Below are positions 29,595-38,400 of a stretch of DNA of 53,534 bases, one piece after another. The translations under genes were made by a program, and so were the position numbers. The notes below the pieces were generated by a model, which worked only from the letters and a program-made list of their open reading frames with translations, was not told where the DNA came from and searched no databases. This DNA is from Promethearchaeati archaeon (GTDB taxonomy: Archaea > Asgardarchaeota > Heimdallarchaeia > Heimdallarchaeales > Heimdallarchaeaceae): positions 1 through 53,534 of the forward strand of contig JABLTJ010000023.1 of NCBI GenBank assembly GCA_013166775.1, given 5' to 3'. The stretch's first letter is position 1. Each line of letters starts with the position of its first letter.

Positions 29595-30152
29595 ATGACT
29601 GATGATCGTCAATATACAAAAAAGCAATACACAGGTAATTGGTCTGCATTTGGAACAGCTGCAGTTTTTGCATTAATTGGTGTCCTAGGAATAGTTTTCT
29701 TTTATACAGATGCTGATTTCATAGGTTTAAGTGCTTGGGGATATTACATGTTCATCCCTGCATTCTTCATCCTACTTGGTGGAATTAGTGGTTTGCTTAC
29801 AGATAGAAGATTAAAACGAGCAATGTTGGTAACTGCACAAGCTAAAGGAAACAGTAGTGTAAAACTTGAAGCCCTTTCAGTAGAAACTAACATTCGAACA
29901 AATGATATTCTTCGAATTCTTCTAGACTTAAGAAATGAAGGCTTTATCAAATATAGATATGATACTGCTTCAGGAGAAATAGTTTTTGGAGAGTCAGTTA
30001 GTTACCAACAAGCTCCTGAATTTACAGGCCCAATGACTACAAGACAAGCTTCTACTCAAGATTTGACTAGTTCTACTTACTGTCCTTACTGTGGTCACAA
30101 ACCTCCTGTTGGAGCTCAGTTCTGTGAAAGCTGTGGTTCAAAACTAGTTTAG
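29595..30152 (+). CDS. Two-TM protein with a winged-helix (PCI-like) domain and C-terminal zinc ribbon
   Basis: Two TMs; LEALS...ILRILLDLRNEGFIKYRYD..SGEIVF; CPYCG...FCESCG. Confidence 0.75.
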   Translation: MTDDRQYTKKQYTGNWSAFGTAAVFALIGVLGIVFFYTDADFIGLSAWGYYMFIPAFFILLGGISGLLTDRRLKRAMLVTAQAKGNSSVKLEALSVETNIRTNDILRILLDLRNEGFIKYRYDTASGEIVFGESVSYQQAPEFTGPMTTRQASTQDLTSSTYCPYCGHKPPVGAQFCESCGSKLV

Positions 30153-30276
30153 TTCTCCTTCTTTTTTTCTTTATATTGAATATAAATTCTTCTTCGCTTT
30201 CAGCTGTTTTGTTTTGTCTCTACATATTCCAACTTTGAATGAAAAAACTTTTGATTGTTAGATAGAGTATCCCATT

Positions 30277-31581
30277 ATGATTGATTTCTCCAAACTAAGA
30301 ATCTTTCTAGTTACAATCACATTACTTTTACTTCTAAACTTCAATTCAAGTTTAAACACAATGTCTTTCAATTGGCCTGTGAATAGTGATAATTTCTCCT
30401 CAAACTTAGAGTATCATACAACATCGCCAATCGAATATTTTAACGAATCAAAACATCCAAGATACAACTTAGTTGCACGATCTATTGATTTGATTGTTTC
30501 TCCAAATAAAGGTAGACCAGTTATAGCTGAGTTTAATGAAAACTTTACAGTACTAATTAATTCAGCTAATTTACCTGATAGCTGGGAGCTCTATTTAGTA
30601 AACACAGTGATTGAGATAGAGTTAGAAATCCTAGATCATTATAGTAGTGATGATGGTAGGGTTCTTACTGTTCAACCTTCATCAAATGTAGCTGGTCTTT
30701 ATGATTTACAATTCAATAGTAGCACAGAAGATGATTATCAAACACATTCAGTCAAGATTGTAGAGCAGAAAGAATATCCTTTCAAGTTCATTCATTTATC
30801 CGATAGTCACTTCCCCTGCTATGGAGAAATTAACACAACAGATATAAATTTAAAATATATAAATACGATAAAAACCTTGGATTTAGATTTTGTTATCTTA
30901 ACTGGAGATTTGATTGAAGGAGGACCTGCATGGTTATTTGTTAACCCTGTAGATGATATGCCTTTAGCAGCAGAGATACAACTAAGGCTCAGTCTCTGGG
31001 CTTTGGATCTTCTAGATTTACCGGTCTATATTATTGCAGGAAATCATGATTTAGACGATACACCAATATTATCAGATATTCCAAGGATTATTTGGAATAA
31101 ATACCTAGGAGAAAATCCAATTATCCAATTCAATTATCTTGATTGGATGTATGTTGGTTATAGTGTTACTGATAGTGGTTTAAGTTCAGATAAGTACACT
31201 TCTGTTAAAGATCTCATAGATAGTGCTCATGGAAAAAATATTCCTACTGTAATGTTCTATCACTCTAATTATGCAAGTCAAGCTTCCAATATCAGAAAAT
31301 TATACAGCATTGAAGTTATGTTGTATGGACATGAACATGATGAAAGATTGTATACAAAAGACAAAACCCTCTATCATTGTGAAGCTCCAATGTTTGAGAA
31401 CAGCTCTTCGATATTCACTGTTCTGAATGGAACGAGTATGAGCTTAGATGAGACCGTATATGATTTTTCACTGTTACTCCAAGAAGCAGAAGAGACTAGT
31501 TTTCCTAGTTTACTAGTTCTTCTTATGTCTTCAATATTGGTTGCTTGTTTGTATCAAAAAAGAAAGAAGAAATCTTACTAA
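30277..31581 (+). CDS. Secreted calcineurin-like metallophosphoesterase with C-terminal anchor
   Basis: HLSDSH, LTGDL, AGNHD, YGHEH; tail ETSF + TM + KRKKK. Confidence 0.88.
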   Translation: MIDFSKLRIFLVTITLLLLLNFNSSLNTMSFNWPVNSDNFSSNLEYHTTSPIEYFNESKHPRYNLVARSIDLIVSPNKGRPVIAEFNENFTVLINSANLPDSWELYLVNTVIEIELEILDHYSSDDGRVLTVQPSSNVAGLYDLQFNSSTEDDYQTHSVKIVEQKEYPFKFIHLSDSHFPCYGEINTTDINLKYINTIKTLDLDFVILTGDLIEGGPAWLFVNPVDDMPLAAEIQLRLSLWALDLLDLPVYIIAGNHDLDDTPILSDIPRIIWNKYLGENPIIQFNYLDWMYVGYSVTDSGLSSDKYTSVKDLIDSAHGKNIPTVMFYHSNYASQASNIRKLYSIEVMLYGHEHDERLYTKDKTLYHCEAPMFENSSSIFTVLNGTSMSLDETVYDFSLLLQEAEETSFPSLLVLLMSSILVACLYQKRKKKSY

Positions 31582-31583
31582 TA

Positions 31584-32787
31584 CTACTCATTTCTTTTTT
31601 CTATTCCTTTCTTTCTAGCTTTTGCAATAAACATTGAAATCACTATTAAGGAAATTGGAATGCATATAATTCCTGCTATACTAAAGGCTATTCTTATTAA
31701 GAAAAAATCTCTATCAGAAAACCACTTTCCTTTAGGGAAAGTAGGTATCGGAGGAATACTTATTTCAGAAAAATTAGCAATTGGATAGGGATCACTATTA
31801 AATGATTCGTACTCGTTTCCATCAACTAGGTAGTCTCCTTCATTTTGATAATCTGACCAATAATTCCCTTCATTTGATTGCTTATCAAACCAAGTGTTTC
31901 TCTTTCTAGTGCTTTCTCTAGCTTGGGAATAACCATAAGGAGGACCCTGAGAATGTCGTCCAAGCGGTGTGCCTTCAATATTATTATGTATGAAAATATT
32001 ATGATGAATATAGCTTTGACGGACATAACCAGACAAATAGACACCATATTCTGTATTATTAATTAGCTTATTATACACAATAGCTACACCTGATACTATT
32101 TCGGTAGCTAGGTGTCCTGAGCGCTCTATCTGCATTTCAATCCCTATTCTATTATGTTTGATAGTATTATTATAAACAACAAAAAAATCACCACCAGGGA
32201 GACTTAATCCACTTCTTATGTTCTTTGTACAATTATTATTTAATATTCTGCAAAAGTCAGAGAATCCAATTCGTATCCCATCTCCAGTTTCCCATATTTC
32301 GTTAAAATCTCCTTGCTCTGAATATCCATTGAAATAACAAATATTACTAGTGAAATTTACAAAGGAACAAAGAAATGTCGAGATACCATAAGTATTATTA
32401 AAACAGTTGTTTCTATCAATGAGTGAATTCTCTACATATTCTAAATGAATACCATCTCCATCATTATGTGAGCAATTGTTTTTTTGAACAATCATATCTT
32501 CAGCCCAAAATAATGCGATCCCATAACCTCCACCAACACAAACATTATTTCTTATTTCTGCATCAGCAATATCATCTAGAAAAATTCCATAACCATCCCT
32601 TCCTAATTTAGTAATATTGAGAAAATTATCGTGTATTAAGTATTTTCCATCCATTAAATCTTCTATGTAAATTCCAAATTGCTTTGATTCAATAGAGCAA
32701 TTACGGATAGTACAACTTTTTGTTGTATCTGAAATATATATTCCTCCCTTTACTTGTGTTTCTATTATTAAATCTTCTATAATATAA
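31584..32787 (-). pseudogene. 5'-truncated NosD-like beta-helix surface protein
   Basis: The frame stays open upstream of ATG 32654 as YIIEDLIIETQVKGGIYISDTTKSCTIRNC (matching PYIIEN...RNC of the paralogs), then loses similarity with no start or signal peptide. GNYWSD...DPYPI + TM + basic tail. Confidence 0.75.
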
Positions 32788-33823
32788 AGTAGGACAACTT
32801 CAAGACACAGCCTATACCTATACTGGGGCAGATATAGTAGTCAATGACTATAATATTCATATAGATAATTATGTTACAATAGTTATAATTGATGATGGTC
32901 TTAAAGGTAAAGAATGGAAAGCGTTGGAGCAAAATCCAGAAGCTAATGTAGACATAATTGGTTTTGTAACAAAAACTTCAAGTGGTTCTATAAAATATAT
33001 TACGAATCCAGATGATTCTTATTTAAACCAACAACTCTCATGGGGTCATGGATTTGCAGTTATATCAGCATTGGCTGCAGTTGCAAGAGATGTGAAAGTA
33101 ATTTTTATGGACATAGATATGGGAGCTGACCCATATGGATTTGAAAAAGGAGAATACCTAATGTGGTGGTGGATTTATACTTACCAAGCATCAAAGGACA
33201 TTGACATTGTTTCTTGGTCACAGTCAACAGATATACATTTTGCATATCCAGGAAGTCAAACTCAACAGTTGTGGAGTCTTTTGATTAACAAAGGTGTAAT
33301 AATGCTTGCTTCAGCAGGTAATCTTGGAACTTATAAAAATCTTAATGTTACTACCGAGGTAGAATGGAAATACCCTCAATATTATACTGCTTGGTATGCT
33401 ATTGGATCAATCGATCATGAAACTCGTTCAGGAGACAATTCAAATAAGAACCATAGAACATATTATTCATCTTGGTATGAATCCTATACCTCAGGAAATC
33501 ACATTGTTAATTGGCTTGAACCTGGACATGGGGTACCTGTGTTAACAGATCCTAAGCAAGTCGGTTCAATTTTTAAAGGAACTTGGGTATATGGAAACGG
33601 AACTAGTATTAGTGCTCCTTATTTAGCTGCGATAATTGCACTAATAATCACTGGATATCATAATGGTATTGGTTCTTCTACTGATCCCTCTGTGCAAAAA
33701 GTGATAGAGATTTTACTATATGCTAGTTCAAGGAGCACATTTTACCAACTAACGGGCTATGGTTATGTAGATGCGTATATAGCGTATGGAAAAGCGTATA
33801 TGGAGGGGAGATTGGCAGCTTAA
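32783..33823 (+). pseudogene. 5'-truncated subtilisin-like S8 serine peptidase
   Basis: The catalytic Asp motif VTIVIIDDG lies upstream of the track start (32924). GHGFAV, ASAGN and GNGTSISAP are present. The frame opens after TAA at 32780-32782 with no start codon, signal or propeptide. Confidence 0.75.
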
Positions 33824-33897
33824 AAGTTATAAGTTCTTGTACATATATATAATTAAGACTCACTGACTAGAAAATACAAGAAGGAGGAGAAAAATAC

Positions 33898-34557
33898 ATG
33901 TTTAAACAACTGGAAAAATTCTTGATTATAACAGTAATGATACAATTACTTATTCTTTCTAATGTGTTAGCAGTAACTGGCAATCAACCCGTTATTGCTT
34001 CGAGGGTTTCAGAGGTTAGTGAAATTTCAGTAATTACTGACTCAGGTTATAATATGCCTAGCACTACTTTTTTTGGTATTGAAACTGAAGTAGAGATATT
34101 AAATAGGGCTAAGGAAAATCAAACAGTAACTGAATCACCAGATTGTTATCCTAAAGTCCAAATCAATGCAATATTTGCTAATCAATCTTTGGAACTTGTA
34201 CTAATAGGAATCTGCAATGATATGTCTATGACCTATTCCTATCCACCTGGAATCACTGTCGAATATGAGTCTCTGCTTTTTTATATGAACCAAAAAGGGT
34301 TAACCCAGCTACCAGATGGCAATTATACTCTCTGGAGACCTATTCTAGGAAAGCAATATATCACGATTATTACAGTGAATGCTGGAATTATAGAAATAAT
34401 TTACCACAGTTTTTACTATAACCGTACTGAGGAGGTAAGCTCTGACACTCTACCTACTGATGAAACAAACTTCTCACTCACACTACCTATAGTTTGCATT
34501 TCCATTTTATTATTTGCTAGCACTGTTTATTCAAGGAGAAGATCAAGAATTTCTTAA
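33898..34557 (+). CDS. Secreted/surface hypothetical protein with C-terminal anchor
   Basis: GGAGG upstream, signal peptide, tail ETNF + TM + RRRSR. Confidence 0.75.
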   Translation: MFKQLEKFLIITVMIQLLILSNVLAVTGNQPVIASRVSEVSEISVITDSGYNMPSTTFFGIETEVEILNRAKENQTVTESPDCYPKVQINAIFANQSLELVLIGICNDMSMTYSYPPGITVEYESLLFYMNQKGLTQLPDGNYTLWRPILGKQYITIITVNAGIIEIIYHSFYYNRTEEVSSDTLPTDETNFSLTLPIVCISILLFASTVYSRRRSRIS

Positions 34558-34638
34558 AAAAGCTATGAATAGCTCTGAAAAGTTCTATACTTACACTCTT
34601 TTTTTTCTTTTCTTAATTCCTTTTTCTTTCTCCTGAAA

Positions 34639-34824
34639 CTAAGTTTCTATTTTCCAATCTTTGGCACAAATAAATTCATACTTACAAATTCGACATTTCT
34701 GTGAATAGAAGTTGCTTTTTGCACAAATACGAATTTTGGTCTTTTCTTTCCATTCTAGCTGATTGAAAGCTTTCTCTCCTGCAGAAAGTTGATCCTTCTT
34801 TTTCTGGATCTGTTTGGCAGTCAT
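34639..34824 (-). CDS. 61-aa basic protein with four Cys (putative metal binding)
   Basis: C-x9-CxxC-x5-C; followed by a long T-tract on the opposite strand. Confidence 0.5.
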   Translation of the reverse strand: MTAKQIQKKKDQLSAGEKAFNQLEWKEKTKIRICAKSNFYSQKCRICKYEFICAKDWKIET

Positions 34825-34862
34825 GATTATTCAAATACAGGTTAAGCAAGTAGCTTAAAAAA

Positions 34863-34896
34863 TCTTACCACATAAAAATAAATTTGTGTGGTAAGA
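34863..34896. repeat. Inverted repeat, 14-bp arms (13/14)
   Basis: TCTTACCACATAAA-6nt-TTTGTGTGGTAAGA. Confidence 0.8.
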
Positions 34897-34945
34897 CAGC
34901 TGTGAGTTTGAAATTTTCCAGTAAGTATTATTTAATTAATAATCG

Positions 34946-35047
34946 ATACCGAACATACCGAACACATACCGAACATTCGGTATTTTCATATCTATTTCAT
35001 AGTTATAACCTTTCTAATTAATGATTAATGTATACCGAATAACCGAA
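34946..35047. repeat. ATACCGAA iteron-like repeat cluster
   Basis: ATACCGAA at 34946, 34955, 34966 and 35032, partial ACCGAA at 35042, inverted copy TTCGGTAT at 34976-34983. Confidence 0.85.
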
Positions 35048-35457
35048 TATAGAATAAGTATATAGAAAATTATAATGATTAAACAGTATTATTATTAAAA
35101 AAATAATAAAAAGGCTTAAAGCTTTAGAATCTTTTAGTTTTAATTTATGTGTGATATTATAACACATTTACTTTCTAAAAAGGTAGGTTTTCCAGTGGTT
35201 AAACAGGTGTTTAACAAACTCTAGTCTTTTTAAAAGGATAATTTCGACTGGACAAGTATTAGTTTATTATTCTAGAAGGATCTTTGAGTGTTCAAACAAT
35301 ATGCACAGGTGGTTTTTGTTGTTTTGGCTTATAATATGGGGAGATAAGCGTTTTAGAGAGGTATAATTCAAGAAGGTAAGGTTATTAGAAGGGGTTCATT
35401 ACAGAAGATCCAACCTGTGTTTCCAGTGGAAGAAAAATAAAAAGATTGTAATTTTGT

Positions 35458-38400
35458 TTATTTAGGAATAGCAATTTTGAATGAAGTTATTTCTTTTTCT
35501 TTTTCCAAACAAATTCCCCAATCATGAGCATCAATTAGCTTCTTGACGATTGTTAACCCATGAAGTTCACCTATTTCCTTTGTTGAAAACTTTGTTTCAA
35601 ACGCTTCTTTAACAATCTTATGATCAATTTTTTCTCCGTCATTTTGGATATATATTATTAAAGCCTCGTTAGTTTCTTCATGAAAAACTTCAATCTTAGT
35701 GGGTTTTCCATGCTTCACTGCATTCTCTAAAAGATTCTTTACAATTTGTGAAAGTTTCTTCATATCTGCTTCAATATGCGGTAGATCATCGTGCGTAAAA
35801 GTAATTTCACTCGGAATAGCTAAATCTGCACAATCTTCAAACAATTTATTTAAATCAACATCATCTGATTTTTCTATTACTCTACCAGCTTCCGCTAATT
35901 CAATTGAGCGATCAAGTAAATCTCTCATATAGACTAGCTGTTTGTTTATTGTGTCAACATAAGTAGAATCATATTTTACCTCTATTAAATCAATAAATCC
36001 TTCAATTGCGGATAAACTGTTTCTTATATCATGAGCCATAAGATGAGCAAAATCACTTAATTCATCTTTCTGTTGAATTATCTCATTTTCATGTTTTTTT
36101 CTATCCGATATGTCCATTAGCGAGGTGATAAAATCAGTTGTTCCAAGTATCTTGCTTACTGAAATAAGAATATCAATTATTCTACCACTTTTAGCAATCA
36201 ATCTTGTCTCATACTGAGAAGGAGCAGAGGTTGGATCAATTATTCTTCTCCTATTATATTCCAATAATCGTTCTAGCTCATTAGGATGAACGAATTCAGT
36301 CCATTTTCTTTTTCCTTCAATTTCTTCTTTCGAATAGCCTGATAATGATTCCATCTTTGAATTGATTATCTTCACCTTAGTATTTTCATCAAAAATGAGA
36401 TTAGCAGTTCCTGTTGTTTCGAATAGATTTCTATATAGATCTTCAGATTTCTTCAATTCATACTCTATTTCTTTAAGTTTGGAAATGTCTGTAACTGAAA
36501 CTATGATTTTTTTAGTTCCTGGAATCACATCAACAAAAAGAACCACATCCAATATACTACCTTCTTTAGTAACAAATCTGGTCTCGTACTGATTTGGTAC
36601 TTGTGTAGAATCAAGCATTCTTATTCTATGTATTTCTTTAACTCTTTCTAGCTCTTCTTCTGAGATGAGTAATGTCCAACTTAGTTTTCCTTCTATCTCC
36701 TCCTTTGAATATCCTGATAGAACTTCCATCTTAGAATTAATTAGTTCTATTATTGTATTTTCATTAGCTATGGCATTTGCAGATCCAGTAGCTTCAAATA
36801 TTGTTCTATAAAGAATCTCTGATTTTTTGATTTCTTCTTCAGCTTTTTTCATCTCTGAAATTTCCATTATCGATGCTATTATATCTGTTGTTCCTGGAAT
36901 GGATTTTATGTTTACAAGAACGTCAATTAAGTTTCCTTGCTTATTCTTGACTTTTGTTTCATATTGTGCTGGAACTGCTTTTGGATCCTGAGCTCTTATT
37001 CTTTGATATTCTCTCAATCTTGGAAGTTCTTCGTTTGCTATCATATTATACCATTTCTTTTCTTCAAGTTCATCTTTTTCATAACCTAATAAATCAGTAA
37101 TTTTTGAGTTTACTAATTTTATAGTTCCATCTGCGGAAGAAATTGCATTAGCTGTTCCAACTGCTTCAAAGATCGTTTTATATAGATTTTCTGATTTTCT
37201 TAATTCTTTTGTTGCTAGTACTCTTTCAGAAACATCTCTGACTATTGAGAGCATCATTTTTCTTTCCTCTAATTCAAAAACCTGTGAACTAATTTCAACT
37301 GGAATTTCTTTACCATCTTTAGATACATGTGTAGCATCAAATGTAAGATTCTCTTTTTCAAGGATCTCTTTCATGATGTCTGACATTTTTAGTAATATTT
37401 CAGGAGAAGATATGTTCCTTGGTCCCATTGATAAGAATTCTTCTCTAGTATAACCAAGCATTTTGCTAGCTATGTCATTAACTTCAATGAAATTACTTGG
37501 CAATCCTGAATCTGATATACTGTATAAGTAAATAGCATCATTTGCATTTTGAAATAATAATCTGAATTTTTCTTCTCTTTCAATTATTTCTTTTTCTATT
37601 TTCTTTTGCTCTGTTATATCATATAAAGTTCCTTGAACTAGACTTGGTTTTCCTTCTTTATCACAGATATTTTGTACACGTTGCTGAATCCATCTGACCT
37701 CCCCATCTTTTCTAATTATTCTATATTCCATTGTGTCGCTAAAATTTGGTGTATTGTCTAATTCATAGCTTATAGCTTGAGGAAGGTGTAAATCCTCTGG
37801 GTGAATAATCTTATTCCATGTTATACCATTTTCAACAAAATCTTTCTCCGTATATCCTGTGATTTCTTTTACCGCTCCATGGAAGAATTGAGCTTTAAAG
37901 TCAACAGTACCTCTAAATGCAATCCCATCAAAGCTTTGAACAAAGCTTCTATATTTTTCTTCGCTTTCTTTAAGAGCTTCTTCTGCTTCTTTTCTCTCAG
38001 AAATATCCCTGAAAATGGACAAAACCAAGTCTTCACCTTTGATTTTGACGATATGAGAACTAGCCTCTGTTGGAATAAGTTTTCCAGTTTTACTTATCAA
38101 TATTCTTTCAAAGGTTGCATATCCTTTCAATTTCATCTCTTCACGAACTTCAGGAATTACTTGTGTTTCTTCCCAAACTTTATCAGAATCTATTCTGTTT
38201 GTAGAAATTGAAGTCAATTCCTCTTTATCATATTCTAGTAGTTCACAAGCTCTTTCGTTCGCATCAACTATGAAACTTTTTTGTAAACCCGAAGCTAATT
38301 TATGAACCAAAATAATATCATTTGCTCTATCGAAAAGTAATCGATATTTTTCTTCACTCTCTATAATTTCAAGTTCATCTTTCTTTCTTTGTGTTATATC

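Larger units (their letters stand above)
34825..35457. other. Candidate replication origin (ORB-like boxes plus AT-rich tract)
   Basis: 633-bp non-coding gap. TTCCAGTGGTTAAACAGGT (+, 35190-35208) and TTCCACTGGAAACACAGGT (-, 35431-35413), with a very AT-rich stretch at about 35050-35180. Confidence 0.5.

Noticed and set aside
34885-34894. TGTGTGGTAA identical to the mae intron 5' junction
   Set aside because: A single 10-mer match in 53 kb on two strands is compatible with chance.
34946-35047. CRISPR array
   Set aside because: Repeats are 8-9 nt with no spacers of suitable length, and no cas genes are present.
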